The translations under genes were made by a program, and so were the position numbers. Of a stretch of 59,925 nt of DNA, positions 37,962-49,086 are shown piece after piece (position 1 is the first letter of the stretch; the number at the start of each line of letters is the position of its first letter). Where the stretch lies: NCBI GenBank assembly GCA_913031205.1, contig CAJWEM010000005.1:1-59925 (forward strand), read 5' to 3'. This DNA is from an uncultured Gammaproteobacteria bacterium (GTDB lineage Bacteria > Pseudomonadota > Gammaproteobacteria > Poriferisulfidales > GCA-002705445). Below the pieces are notes generated by a model. It saw only the letters and a list, made by a program, of their open reading frames with translations, searched no databases and was not told where the DNA came from.

Positions 37962-39040
37962 AAAATAAAATTTTAATCGGGCTTTCTGGCGGAGTTGATT
38001 CTTCTGTATCACTAAAACTCCTTAAGGATCAAGGATATTTTGTAGAAGCGCTTTTTATGAAAAATTGGGACGAAGATGATAAATCAAGCGGCTGTAATGC
38101 TGCTGAGGATTTAGAATATGCTATGGATGTATGTGACAAACTCAATGTTAAGCTTAACACAGCAAACTTTTCTGACGAATATTGGAATAAAATATTTTTA
38201 AATTTTATTGAGAACTATAAAAGCGGCTTCACACCGAATCCAGACATATTATGCAATAAGTATATAAAATTTAAAGTTTTTGTGGACCATGCAAAAGATC
38301 TTGGTTTCGATAAAATTGCTACAGGCCACTATGCAAAAATTATAAAAAAAAATAATAATTATTTTTTAGATGAGCCAAAGGATGCCAGTAAGGATCAGAC
38401 ATACTTCTTGCACAGTCTTAGTCAAAATCAATTGAAAAATGTTATTTTCCCATTATCGAACTACAAAAAAGATGATGTAAAACAAATTGCAAAGGAAAGT
38501 GATTTTAGATCTTATTCAAAAAAGGAAAGCATGGGCATATGCTTTATTGGAAATAAAAAATTTAAAGACTTCATAAAAAAATATATAAGCAATAAACCTG
38601 GTAAAATTTATAACGATAAAAATGAGGTTTTAGGCGAGCATAATGGTATGTTTTATACCACAATCGGCCAGAGAGAAGGTATTGGCATTGGCGGCATAAA
38701 GAATGCTAAGAATTTACCTTGGTACGTTTATAAAAAAGATGTTGATAGTAACTCATTATATGTGTGTCAAGGTAATCAAAATAAATTATTATTCTCTGAT
38801 TTAATATATCTAGATGACATCAATATTATTACAAATGATATAAATGATATATTAGGTCTTAATCTTTCATGTCAAATTAGGCATTTAGGCGAGAAATATC
38901 CTTGCAATGTCATTAGAACGGATAATAATAAATTACTTGTAAAGACAAAGAGCCCTGTAAGAGCAGTCGCTCCTGGGCAGTCCCTAGTTCTATATGATAA
39001 AAATTTATGCATGGGTGGCGGAATAATCTCTAATGCTTAA
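37958..39040 (+). CDS. mnmA: tRNA 2-thiouridylase
   Basis: SGGVDSS, PNPDILCN, ATGHYA, KDQTYFL, SMGICFIG. Confidence 0.97.
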   Translation: MKNKILIGLSGGVDSSVSLKLLKDQGYFVEALFMKNWDEDDKSSGCNAAEDLEYAMDVCDKLNVKLNTANFSDEYWNKIFLNFIENYKSGFTPNPDILCNKYIKFKVFVDHAKDLGFDKIATGHYAKIIKKNNNYFLDEPKDASKDQTYFLHSLSQNQLKNVIFPLSNYKKDDVKQIAKESDFRSYSKKESMGICFIGNKKFKDFIKKYISNKPGKIYNDKNEVLGEHNGMFYTTIGQREGIGIGGIKNAKNLPWYVYKKDVDSNSLYVCQGNQNKLLFSDLIYLDDINIITNDINDILGLNLSCQIRHLGEKYPCNVIRTDNNKLLVKTKSPVRAVAPGQSLVLYDKNLCMGGGIISNA

Positions 39041-39650
39041 TGCAACAAAAATTAGTGACGATTACGTCATAGCTCTTTCTGCCTTAGTTCAAAGCGCTTA
39101 TATTGTAAATAGATTGGCCACTTCCGAACATGTGGCTAATGAGGATTCTAAAATATTATTAAAAAGTATATACAAGACAGACACTTTCGACTCTATTTCA
39201 ATATATGAAAATAAAAGAAATATCGTTGAAGGTTTAAATATTCTAAAAGATATCCTGATCGGCAAAAATGATATCTTCTTAATAAATATTCAGAAATATG
39301 CTTTATCGATGATGCTAATTCAAAAAAATATAAGTAAAATCAGTGATTTACAAGATTTAATCAGAAAAAAAATTGATAATTATGAAGAAAATAGTATGAT
39401 GGCTACAAATTTTGACGACCTGATAAAATATTCGGAAAACATATATAAAGAATATATTGCGATAATAAGGCCCAAAGTCGTCATATCAGGCAAAAAGGAG
39501 TATCTTGAAAAGAACTCCTCTCTCATAAGAGCATTGCTACTGAGTGGAATAAGAGCTGCATTTCTATGGAGTTATCATGGAGGTTCAAAGTGGCAACTTA
39601 TGTTTAGGAGAAGTGAAATTTTAAATAAATGCAATAAGTTTTTTATTTAA
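39033..39650 (+). CDS. hflD: High-frequency lysogenization protein HflD-like
   Basis: IAL.A..Q.A..V, IRALLLSGIRAA.LW...GG.KWQL.F.R; follows mnmA. Confidence 0.88.
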   Translation: MLNATKISDDYVIALSALVQSAYIVNRLATSEHVANEDSKILLKSIYKTDTFDSISIYENKRNIVEGLNILKDILIGKNDIFLINIQKYALSMMLIQKNISKISDLQDLIRKKIDNYEENSMMATNFDDLIKYSENIYKEYIAIIRPKVVISGKKEYLEKNSSLIRALLLSGIRAAFLWSYHGGSKWQLMFRRSEILNKCNKFFI

Positions 39651-39672
39651 TTTTAGACAAGGAAAAATTTTA

Positions 39673-42309
39673 ATGAAAAATAGTTTTAAAACAAAAACGG
39701 AATTATCTTGTAGTGGAAAAAATTATACGATATTTGATATCTCTAAAATTAAAGGTGTAGAGGAATTACCGTATTCGATAAAAATTCTTTTAGAGAATCT
39801 TGTTAGAAACGAAGATGATTTGACTGTATCAAAAGATGATATTTCGGCCGTAATTAACTGGCACGAACATGCAACAAAAAAAGAAATTGCGTATCGGCCT
39901 GCTAGAGTCTTAATGCAAGATTTTACTGGAGTTCCAGCAGTTGTTGATCTTGCGGCCATGAGAGACGCAATAAAAAAACTCGGTAAAAGTCCTACAGACA
40001 TAAATCCTCTTCAGCCGGCTGAGCTTGTTATTGATCATTCTGTGCAAGTTGATAATTTTGGAAGTAAAAATGCATTTGGTTTAAATGCAAAACTTGAGTA
40101 CGAGAGAAATATTGAAAGATATAAATTTTTGAAGTGGGGTCAATCTGCTTTTTCAAATTTTAAAGTTGTTCCACCTGATACTGGTATTGTTCATCAAATA
40201 AATATTGAATTTTTAGCGAGATGTATTTTTACAAAAGAAATTAATGGAGAAAATCTTGCTTATCCAGATACAGTTGTTGGAACTGACTCACATACAACAA
40301 TGATTAATGGAATTGGTGTTCTTGGATGGGGTGTTGGAGGTATTGAAGCTGAAGCTTCGATGTTAGGCCAGCCAATATCAATGTTAATACCTAAAGTTGT
40401 AGGCTTTAAATTAACCGGCGAACTTTCTGAAGGAACAACCGCTACAGATCTTGTTTTAAATATAGTCGAAATGTTAAGAATACACGGTGTTGTTGGAAAG
40501 TTTGTTGAATTTTATGGAGATGGTTTAGATAATTTATCTCTTGGAGATAGAGCAACTATTGCAAATATGGCCCCGGAATATGGTGCTACATGTGGAATTT
40601 TTCCAATTGATGAAGAAACAATTGATTATATGAAATTATCAAATAGAGATGAATCTCAAATTGAGCTTATTCATAAATATTCCCAAAAAGTTGGATTGAC
40701 TAGAAACGATTGTAACAAAGCAATTTACTCTGAAAATATTGAGCTAGATATTTCGAAAGTTTTACCATCTATTGCAGGACCAAAAAGACCTCAAGATAGA
40801 ATAGATTTAAAAGATGCAAAAACCTCATATCAGAAAGAGCTTGATTCTATTTCGCCAAACAATAAGCCCTCTAAAATTACTATTGATAATGATACCTTTG
40901 AGATTAAGAATGGTGATGTCGTAATTGCAGCAATAACATCATGTACTAATACATCAAATCCAGGAGTAATGATAGCGGCGGGGTTAGTTGCAAAAAAAGC
41001 AAGAGAGCTTGGACTTGAAAGAAAACCTTGGGTAAAAACATCATTGGCCCCTGGATCGATGGTTGTTACTGAGTATCTAAAAAATTCAAATCTTATCGAG
41101 CCAATGGAGGAGCTTGGTTTTCACAACGTTGGTTACGGTTGTGCTACATGTATTGGAAACTCTGGTCCACTTATTAAAGAAATTAGTGACGGCATAAAAG
41201 AAAACGATTTAGTTGCTGTATCAGTACTTTCCGGTAACAGAAATTTTGAAGGTAGAGTTCATGCTGAGGTAAAATTAAATTATTTAGCTTCGCCTCCACT
41301 TGTAATAGCATATGCGATTGCAGGATCGATGAATATTGATATAACAAAAGAAGCTATTGCAAAAGACAAAAATGGTGAAAATGTTTTCTTGAAGGATATT
41401 TGGCCTTCTAACATAGAGGTAAACCAGATTTTAAATTCTTCGTTAACTGCAGAGCAGTTTAAATCTTCTTATGAAAATATTTATGACGGTGAGGAAGAAT
41501 GGCGCAATATTAACGTTACAAAAAATAATCAATACGAGTGGGATGATTCTACATATATAGCGAATCCGCCCTATTTTGAAAACATATCGGAAAAAGATTT
41601 AGTAATTGAGGAAATTAGTTCAGCTCATGTATTAGCTTTTCTTGGAGACTCTGTTACAACTGATCATATATCTCCAGCCGGGAATATTAAAGAAGATAGT
41701 CCCGCTGGTAAGTATTTAGTAAGTAAGAATGTTAAGCCCAGTGATTTTAATTCATATGGGTCGAGAAGAGGAAATCACCAAGTTATGATGAGAGGTACTT
41801 TTGCAAATATCAGACTGAGAAATAAACTTGTTCCACATATCGAAGGAGGTTATACAATTCATATTCCTTCGAATAAAGAAATGACAATATTTGATGCTGC
41901 AATGGAATATAAAAAAACTTCAACTCCTACAATTATAATTGCTGGAAAAGAGTATGGAAGTGGTTCATCAAGAGATTGGGCAGCTAAAGGACCAAAGCTT
42001 CAGGGTGTTACAGCTGTTTTAGCAGAAAGCTTTGAAAGAATTCACAGATCTAACTTGGTTGGCATGGGAATACTGCCGCTGCAATTTAAAGATGGTGAAA
42101 ATGGTGAAACATATGGTCTAACTGGTATGGAAAAATTTAATATCAGCGGAATAAAAAGTGGCGAGGCTAAAACTGTCAAAATTGAAGCGGATAATGGAGA
42201 AAAAAGCATTTGTTTCGAAGTCAACGTAAGAATAGACACGCCCCAAGAAATTAAGTATTTTAAAAGTGGCGGAATTTTACAATATGTGTTGAAACAAATC
42301 GCTGCTTAA
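39673..42309 (+). CDS. acnA: Aconitate hydratase A
   Basis: RVLMQDFTGVP, GTDSHT, AITSCTNTSN, GCATCIGNSG, TTDHISPAG, GSSRDWAAKG. Confidence 0.98.
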   Translation: MKNSFKTKTELSCSGKNYTIFDISKIKGVEELPYSIKILLENLVRNEDDLTVSKDDISAVINWHEHATKKEIAYRPARVLMQDFTGVPAVVDLAAMRDAIKKLGKSPTDINPLQPAELVIDHSVQVDNFGSKNAFGLNAKLEYERNIERYKFLKWGQSAFSNFKVVPPDTGIVHQINIEFLARCIFTKEINGENLAYPDTVVGTDSHTTMINGIGVLGWGVGGIEAEASMLGQPISMLIPKVVGFKLTGELSEGTTATDLVLNIVEMLRIHGVVGKFVEFYGDGLDNLSLGDRATIANMAPEYGATCGIFPIDEETIDYMKLSNRDESQIELIHKYSQKVGLTRNDCNKAIYSENIELDISKVLPSIAGPKRPQDRIDLKDAKTSYQKELDSISPNNKPSKITIDNDTFEIKNGDVVIAAITSCTNTSNPGVMIAAGLVAKKARELGLERKPWVKTSLAPGSMVVTEYLKNSNLIEPMEELGFHNVGYGCATCIGNSGPLIKEISDGIKENDLVAVSVLSGNRNFEGRVHAEVKLNYLASPPLVIAYAIAGSMNIDITKEAIAKDKNGENVFLKDIWPSNIEVNQILNSSLTAEQFKSSYENIYDGEEEWRNINVTKNNQYEWDDSTYIANPPYFENISEKDLVIEEISSAHVLAFLGDSVTTDHISPAGNIKEDSPAGKYLVSKNVKPSDFNSYGSRRGNHQVMMRGTFANIRLRNKLVPHIEGGYTIHIPSNKEMTIFDAAMEYKKTSTPTIIIAGKEYGSGSSRDWAAKGPKLQGVTAVLAESFERIHRSNLVGMGILPLQFKDGENGETYGLTGMEKFNISGIKSGEAKTVKIEADNGEKSICFEVNVRIDTPQEIKYFKSGGILQYVLKQIAA

Positions 42310-42311
42310 AA

Positions 42312-43703
42312 CTATTTAATTCCGCCTTTTGTAAGTTCTAAAGGATCTAGAATTTTTTTTAGCTCGCTTTCAGTTAAATCAGTCTCCTGTAGAGCAACAT
42401 CAATTATTGGCATTCCAAGCTTGTATGCTTTTTTTGCTATATCAGCGCCTTTCTCGTAACCAATAATTCTGTTTAACGCTGTAACTAAAATAGGGTTAGA
42501 GTTTAAAGATGATTCAATATTTTTTTTATTAATAACAAAACTTGAAATAGCTTTTTTACCAAGTGCTTGTGCTGTATTTGAGATTAAATCAATACTTTCA
42601 AGAATATTATATGCGATAACTGGCAGAGTAACATTTAGCTGAAAGTTTCCAGATTGCCCACATAAGGTTATAGTCGTATCGTTCCCAATAACTTGTGAAC
42701 ATGACATTATTGCAGCCTCCGGTATAACTGGATTTACTTTTCCTGGCATAATACTGCTGCCTGGCTGAAGCGATTTTAAAGTAATATCAGAAATACCTGA
42801 ACTTGGCCCCGAATTCATCCATCTTAAATCATTAGATATTTTTATCATTGAAACAGCAATTGTTTTTAGATGCGAACTAAGAAGAACTATATCATCTTGA
42901 GAGCTTAAACCTTCAAATTTATTTGATTTCTCAGTATATTTTATTTTACTATTTTTATTTATTGCTTTAATAAATTCTTTTGAGAATAAATTATGCGCAT
43001 TAATTCCAGTGCCAACCGCGGTACCGCCAATTGGTAATTTATTTATTCTTGATAAGCAACTTTTAAGACTTGATAAATTATTATCAACTTGAGATTTCCA
43101 TGAGGAAAGCTCTTGGTCAAATGTTATAGGCATCGCATCCATTAGATGGGTTCTGCCCGTTTTAACTATGTTCTTTACTTTCTTTGATTTAGAATTAATC
43201 TCTTTTGATAAATCTTCTAATGCAGGAATTAACTTTATAATTAAATTTTTATAAGCCGAATGGTTAATTGCGGAAGGAATAACATCATTAGAACTTTGTG
43301 ACATATTAACATCATCGTTTGGATGAATTTTAATTTTAAATACTTTTTTCGACGTATTTGCAATTACTTCATTAACATTCATATTAGTACTTGTGCCTGA
43401 ACCAGTCTGAAATATATCAATAGGAAAGTTTTTTTGATCGAAATTTTTAATTAAATACTCAGCACTTCTTACTATTGCGTCAGTTTTCTTTTTTTCAATG
43501 AGTTTTAGTTTGAGATTTGCTTTAGCTGCTGCAATTTTTAAATCTAATAAACTAATAATAAAATCCTTTGGCATTACAAGATTGCTTATTTTAAAATTGT
43601 CTATTGCTCTTTGTGTTTGAGGTCCATACATTGCATTCTTAGGTATTTTAACTTTACCCATACTATCGCTTTCAATACGAAATTTATTTTTTGTTTTATT
43701 CAT
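42312..43703 (-). CDS. fumC: Class II fumarate hydratase
   Basis: QTGSGTSTNMN, SQSSND, GRTHLMDA, GSSIMPGKVNP. Confidence 0.96.
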   Translation of the reverse strand: MNKTKNKFRIESDSMGKVKIPKNAMYGPQTQRAIDNFKISNLVMPKDFIISLLDLKIAAAKANLKLKLIEKKKTDAIVRSAEYLIKNFDQKNFPIDIFQTGSGTSTNMNVNEVIANTSKKVFKIKIHPNDDVNMSQSSNDVIPSAINHSAYKNLIIKLIPALEDLSKEINSKSKKVKNIVKTGRTHLMDAMPITFDQELSSWKSQVDNNLSSLKSCLSRINKLPIGGTAVGTGINAHNLFSKEFIKAINKNSKIKYTEKSNKFEGLSSQDDIVLLSSHLKTIAVSMIKISNDLRWMNSGPSSGISDITLKSLQPGSSIMPGKVNPVIPEAAIMSCSQVIGNDTTITLCGQSGNFQLNVTLPVIAYNILESIDLISNTAQALGKKAISSFVINKKNIESSLNSNPILVTALNRIIGYEKGADIAKKAYKLGMPIIDVALQETDLTESELKKILDPLELTKGGIK

Positions 43704-43779
43704 ATAATTATCTCTAAATTAACAATATTTCTATAATTATAGTATAATCTAAACACATATTACTACTGCAATATTCGAA

Positions 43780-45162
43780 ATGGCAAATTTTAACAATGAA
43801 TTTACAATTAATGCGATATCCCCTATCGATGGAAGATACGCTAGCAAAATTCATAGTGAATTAAATAATATAAATAGTGAGTATGGTTTAATAAAAAAAA
43901 GACTTTTTGTTGAAATAGAATGGTTTATCTTTCTCACCTCTTTATCAAGTATTAAAAAAAAATTTCCTTTATCAAAAATTGAAAAAGATTATATTAGAAA
44001 AATATATAAAAATTTTGATAAAAAAGAAGCGCTAAAAGTAAAGAATATAGAAAATAAAATTAAACACGATGTTAAATCTATTGAGTATTATCTTAATACT
44101 AAATTTGATACTCACAAGTCGTTAAAAAATAAAAAAGAACTTATTCATTTTTGCGCAACATCAGAGGATATAAATAACATATCATACGCATTAATGTATA
44201 AAGATAACCGTGAGATAATAATTTCAGAACTATCAAAGCTGTTAAAAAAACTCTTTACCCTTGAAAAGAAATATGCGAATGCGCAAATGCTATCACGAAC
44301 GCATGGACAAAAAGCCAGCCCTACAACATTTGGAAAAGAAATAAAAGTTTTCTCCTCAAGATTAAAAAAACAATTTATTTCCATGAAAAACAGAAAAATT
44401 TTTGCAAAGATGAATGGAGCCGTTGGAAACTATAATGCTCATTGCTTTGTTCTTCCTGAGGTCAAATGGGAAAATGAAACAAAAAAATTCTTAAAAAATA
44501 TCGGTCTTAATCAAAATGAATATACAACCCAAATTGAAAATCATGATTGGCTAGCTGAATCGCTAAACGAAATCTCAATTGTTTCTGGAATACTTTTAGA
44601 TCTATCAAAAGACATATGGATTTATATTATGCTTGATTATATTAAACAAAAATCAAACTCTTCAGAAGTAGGATCATCAACCATGCCTCATAAAGTAAAC
44701 CCAATAGATTTTGAAAATGCTGAAGGAAATTTAGAAATTGTTATTGGGCTATGTCAAACAATTAGTAAGAAACTAGTATCATCAAGGCTTCAAAGAGATT
44801 TATCTGATTCTACAGTTCTTAGAAATATTGGATTAATTTTTGCTCATTTTTATCTCTCAATCAATTCTATACAAATTGGACTAAGTAAAATTGAATTAAA
44901 TAAAAACAAAATTGACTTAGAGCTTGATAGTAGCTGGGAAATTTTAGCCGAGCCAATTCAAACAGTAATGAGATATCATAATATTCCTAATAGCTACGAT
45001 ATAATAAAAAAATCAACGCGTGGAAAAGTAATAGAAAAACAAGAAATTGACAAGATTATTTCAAAAAGTAAACTTGATAAAAATATTAAAGATAAGTTAT
45101 TAAAGTTGAAGCCAAGAGACTACATTGGTTTAGCAAAAAAACTAGCTTTAAAAAAAATTTAA
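43780..45162 (+). CDS. purB: Adenylosuccinate lyase
   Basis: AISPIDGRY, TSEDINN, RTHGQ, GSSTMPHKVNPIDFENAEGN. Confidence 0.97.
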   Translation: MANFNNEFTINAISPIDGRYASKIHSELNNINSEYGLIKKRLFVEIEWFIFLTSLSSIKKKFPLSKIEKDYIRKIYKNFDKKEALKVKNIENKIKHDVKSIEYYLNTKFDTHKSLKNKKELIHFCATSEDINNISYALMYKDNREIIISELSKLLKKLFTLEKKYANAQMLSRTHGQKASPTTFGKEIKVFSSRLKKQFISMKNRKIFAKMNGAVGNYNAHCFVLPEVKWENETKKFLKNIGLNQNEYTTQIENHDWLAESLNEISIVSGILLDLSKDIWIYIMLDYIKQKSNSSEVGSSTMPHKVNPIDFENAEGNLEIVIGLCQTISKKLVSSRLQRDLSDSTVLRNIGLIFAHFYLSINSIQIGLSKIELNKNKIDLELDSSWEILAEPIQTVMRYHNIPNSYDIIKKSTRGKVIEKQEIDKIISKSKLDKNIKDKLLKLKPRDYIGLAKKLALKKI

Positions 45163-45165
45163 AAA

Positions 45166-46548
45166 ATGTATTACCATAGCACTAGAAACTCAAATCTAAA
45201 TAAAACTTTTGATGAAATAATTATTGAAGGTCTTTCTAGTGATGGCGGCCTTTTTATGCCAAAAACATGGCCAAAAGTTAATACTGAGATTATATTAAGC
45301 AATAATGATATTTCATATGACCAGCTTGCCTCTGAAATATTACAACATTATGTTGGTAATAGTATAAATAAAAATGAACTAGATTTAATTACAAAAAAAT
45401 CCTATATTAATTTTACCCACAAAAAAGTGGCTCCAATTAAAAAAATAGATGAAAATAAATTCATATTGGAGCTTTTTTATGGCCCAACATTTGCCTTTAA
45501 GGACTATCCTCTTCAATTAGTGGGGAATCTTTTTCAATATTATTTAAATAAAAATAATAAAAATATAACTGTTATTGGGGCAACCTCTGGTGATACAGGG
45601 TCAGCTGCTATTGAAGCATGTCGTGATAAAGATAATATTAAAATTTTTATTTTACATCCAAGCATGAAGACATCAGATATACAAAGAAAGCAAATGACAA
45701 CTGTTATGTCTGAAAATGTCTATAACATAGCAATAAATGGCACATTTGATGATTGTCAAAAAATCGTAAAAGACTTATTTGTCTCTAATACTCTGAAGAA
45801 TAAAACAACATTATCAGCAGTAAACTCAATTAATTGGGCACGAATTATCTCTCAAACTGTTTATTTCTTTTGGGCTTATATTCAGGCAAAAAAATATGAC
45901 AAAAAAGTTAACTATATTGTGCCAACAGGAAATTTTGGTAATGTTTATGCAGCACATGTTGCTGAGATTATGGGATTGCCAATAAACAAATTATACGTAA
46001 CAACAAATGAAAATGACATTATGCATAGAACATTGAAAACTGGAGATATGACTTTGAAAAACGTAAAAAGCACGATTAGTCCAAGTATGGATATACAAAT
46101 TTCTAGTAATTTTGAAAGACAACTGTTCGAATCATTAGATAGTAATTCAGATGATCTAAATACCCTAATGTTAGAATTTTATAATGACAAAGGTAAACAA
46201 TTAAATGATAACCTTTTAAAAAAGCTGCAGAAAATATACTCTTCGAAAAGTGTAAATGACTTAGATACTATAAAAACAATTCAATACTTTAACGAAAAAT
46301 ATAACTATATTTCTGATCCGCATACTGCTACAAGCTTAGATGTACTGAGTAATATAAAAAATAATGATTTAAATATATCTCTTGCGTGTGCACATCCTGC
46401 TAAGTTTCCGGATTCAATTGAGAAAGCAATTGGTATAGATGTTGAAAAGCCAAAAAATTTGAAAGAGATTCTAGATAAAAAAGAAAAATATACTGTAATG
46501 GAAAATAATTTTACGAAAGTCCAAAATTATATTTTAGAAAAAATATAG
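45166..46548 (+). CDS. thrC: Threonine synthase
   Basis: Y.STR, DGGL, GPTFAFKD, ATSGDTG, NSINWAR, VPTGNFGN, AHPAKF. Confidence 0.96.
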   Translation: MYYHSTRNSNLNKTFDEIIIEGLSSDGGLFMPKTWPKVNTEIILSNNDISYDQLASEILQHYVGNSINKNELDLITKKSYINFTHKKVAPIKKIDENKFILELFYGPTFAFKDYPLQLVGNLFQYYLNKNNKNITVIGATSGDTGSAAIEACRDKDNIKIFILHPSMKTSDIQRKQMTTVMSENVYNIAINGTFDDCQKIVKDLFVSNTLKNKTTLSAVNSINWARIISQTVYFFWAYIQAKKYDKKVNYIVPTGNFGNVYAAHVAEIMGLPINKLYVTTNENDIMHRTLKTGDMTLKNVKSTISPSMDIQISSNFERQLFESLDSNSDDLNTLMLEFYNDKGKQLNDNLLKKLQKIYSSKSVNDLDTIKTIQYFNEKYNYISDPHTATSLDVLSNIKNNDLNISLACAHPAKFPDSIEKAIGIDVEKPKNLKEILDKKEKYTVMENNFTKVQNYILEKI

Positions 46549-46549
46549 T

Positions 46550-47866
46550 CTAGGAATTTAACTCTTCAATACGAACGCGTGTAATTTTATCTTTAACAAC
46601 CTCAAGTTTTTCTATCTCATTTAATGCCTCATCAATATTTTTTTCAACTACTTTGTGAGTCACCAAAACAATAGGAACATTTACATCTTTTTCTGCATCT
46701 TCTTTTTGAAGTATAGATTCAATACTGATTGATTTTTTTCCAAATATCTTAGTAATATCGGCTAGTACTCCTGGTTTATTTGTAACTTTTATTCTTAAAT
46801 AGTATCGAGTTTCTATATCGCTAATCTTTGATATATTTTTTTTTGAAATAATATTTTTGTACCCTAGAAAGGGAATTGTATAGTTTATCTTTTGAACTAA
46901 ACTTCTTGATATATCAATTATATCTGATACAACTGCAGATGCTGTTGCAAGACTTCCTGCTCCTGCACCGTAATATAGAGTTGAACCTGCAGCATCAGAA
47001 TTTATAACAACAGCATTTTTTACGCCATTTACATTTGCCAGTAATCTTGTTTTTGGAACCAAACAAGGATGAACTCTGAGTTCGATACCACTATCTTTTT
47101 TTCTAGCTATAGCAAGATGCTTAACCATATAACCAAGCTCTCTTGCGTTTTTTAAGTCTTCAAGTTCTATTTCTTCTATTCCTTCAACATAAATAGAATG
47201 AAAACTTAATGGTATTCCAAAACAAATTGATGCAAGTATTGTCAATTTATGTGCTGCGTCTATTCCTCCAATATCAAATGATGGGTCAGATTCAGCATAT
47301 CCTAAGTCTTTCGCTTCTTGTAATACAGCATCAAAGCTTTTCTCTGAAATAAGCATTTCAGTTAAAATATAATTTGTAGTCCCATTAATTATTCCTGCGA
47401 TCCATTCTATATCATTTGCAGACAAAGATTCTCTTATTACCTTTACAATTGGTACTGCGCCTGCAACAGAAGCTTCATAAAGAATTTCTCTTTCATTCTT
47501 CAAAGATAACTTACTTACTTCGGAGCCATGTAAAGCTATAAGTGCTTTATTTGCAGTAACAACATGAACTTTTTTTTCTAATGCTTTTACTACTAAATCC
47601 TTTGCAATATTTTCACCGCCAATTAATTCAATAAAAATATCAATACTTTCTTTATTAAGCATATCAATAGGATCAGAATAAAAATTTATATTCTTAATGT
47701 CACATGATCTTTTCTTATTTTTATTTGACGCAGAAATACATTGAATAATAAGTTCACATCCAGTGCGTTCTTTTATCTCATTTCTATTTTTGTTGATGAG
47801 ATTTATAACGCCACTGCCAACAGTGCCTAACCCTGCTATGCCAATTTTAATTTGATTTTGAGTCAT
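46550..47866 (-). CDS. hom: Homoserine dehydrogenase with C-terminal ACT domain
   Basis: GLGTVGSG, VTANKA, EASVAG, GIINGTTNYIL, DAAHKL, PGVLA. Confidence 0.96.
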   Translation of the reverse strand: MTQNQIKIGIAGLGTVGSGVINLINKNRNEIKERTGCELIIQCISASNKNKKRSCDIKNINFYSDPIDMLNKESIDIFIELIGGENIAKDLVVKALEKKVHVVTANKALIALHGSEVSKLSLKNEREILYEASVAGAVPIVKVIRESLSANDIEWIAGIINGTTNYILTEMLISEKSFDAVLQEAKDLGYAESDPSFDIGGIDAAHKLTILASICFGIPLSFHSIYVEGIEEIELEDLKNARELGYMVKHLAIARKKDSGIELRVHPCLVPKTRLLANVNGVKNAVVINSDAAGSTLYYGAGAGSLATASAVVSDIIDISRSLVQKINYTIPFLGYKNIISKKNISKISDIETRYYLRIKVTNKPGVLADITKIFGKKSISIESILQKEDAEKDVNVPIVLVTHKVVEKNIDEALNEIEKLEVVKDKITRVRIEELNS

Positions 47867-47873
47867 AGAAATA

Positions 47874-49046
47874 TTATATAATAGTTTTTAAGCTTCTAAC
47901 AGCTTGTCTTGTTCTTTGTTCATTTTCTATTAGACTAAATCTTACAAAATCGTCACCATTCTTCCCAAAACCAATACCTGGTGAAACAGCAACTTTATTT
48001 TCTTTTAAAAGTTTCTTGCTAAATTCAAGAGACCCTAAGCTTCTATATTTATCGGGAATTTTTGCCCATACAAACATTGTTGCACTTGGTGGTGTTATTT
48101 CCCATCCAATATCGTTTAATCCTTTGCAAAGAGAGTCTCTCCTGTTTTTGTACATTTTTCTTATTTCATCCACGCAATCCTGTGGACCCTCTAAAGCTGC
48201 AATTGCACCAACTTGTAAAGGTGTATAAGTGCCATAGTCTACATAAGATTTTATACGCGACAATGCATGCACAAGCTTCTTATTACCACACATAAAACCT
48301 ATTCTCCATCCAGGCATATTGTATGATTTTGATAAAGTATAAAATTCAACTCCAATATCTTTTGACCCTTTTACTTGCAATAATGATGGTGCTTCATAAC
48401 CATCGAAAACTATGTCAGCGTAAGCAATATCATGGACAATATAAATATTATATTTTTTTGCAATCCTAACTAATTCTTTAAAAAAATTTATATCTACACA
48501 GCGTGTAGTAGGGTTAGAGGGAAAATTTGTTATTATCATCTTAGGTGTTGGCCACGAATTGTTTATTGCTGTATCTAATGATTCAAAAAAAACATCATTA
48601 TCTTCATCCACATTGATATATATAATCTCTGCTCCAGCTATTACTGCCCCATAAGGGTGTATAGGATATGCTGGACTTGGAACAATAACTGAGTCCCCTC
48701 TATTTAAAGTGGCTAGTGCCAAATGCGCTAAACCTTCTTTGGAGCCTATAGTAACGATAGCTTCATTTTCATGATCTATTGAAACATTGAATTTCTCTTG
48801 GTACCAATTTGATATAGCTTTTCTAAGCCTAGGTATACCCTTAGAACTTGAGTATCTATGGACATTATCCTTATCGGAACATTCTTGCATTTTCTCAATG
48901 ATATGCGCGGGTGTTTTTTGATCAGGATTACCCATGCCAAAATCGATTATATCGTCACCTTTTTTTCTTGCTATGATTTTAAGCTCATTTACAATGTTAA
49001 ATATATAAGGTGGGAGTCTATTTATTCTATAAAATTCTTCTGACAT
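47874..49046 (-). CDS. alaC: Alanine transaminase AlaC-like (class I/II aminotransferase)
   Basis: RLPPYIF, IDFGMGNPD, TIGSKEGLAH, TLSKSYNMPGWR. Confidence 0.9.
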   Translation of the reverse strand: MSEEFYRINRLPPYIFNIVNELKIIARKKGDDIIDFGMGNPDQKTPAHIIEKMQECSDKDNVHRYSSSKGIPRLRKAISNWYQEKFNVSIDHENEAIVTIGSKEGLAHLALATLNRGDSVIVPSPAYPIHPYGAVIAGAEIIYINVDEDNDVFFESLDTAINNSWPTPKMIITNFPSNPTTRCVDINFFKELVRIAKKYNIYIVHDIAYADIVFDGYEAPSLLQVKGSKDIGVEFYTLSKSYNMPGWRIGFMCGNKKLVHALSRIKSYVDYGTYTPLQVGAIAALEGPQDCVDEIRKMYKNRRDSLCKGLNDIGWEITPPSATMFVWAKIPDKYRSLGSLEFSKKLLKENKVAVSPGIGFGKNGDDFVRFSLIENEQRTRQAVRSLKTII

Positions 49047-49086
49047 ATATAGTGTTTATTAATTTAAAATTTTATCGGGATTGTGC

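Noticed and set aside
39033-39650. hflD as evidence of a prophage
   Set aside because: Host core gene in its normal position after mnmA; no phage genes nearby
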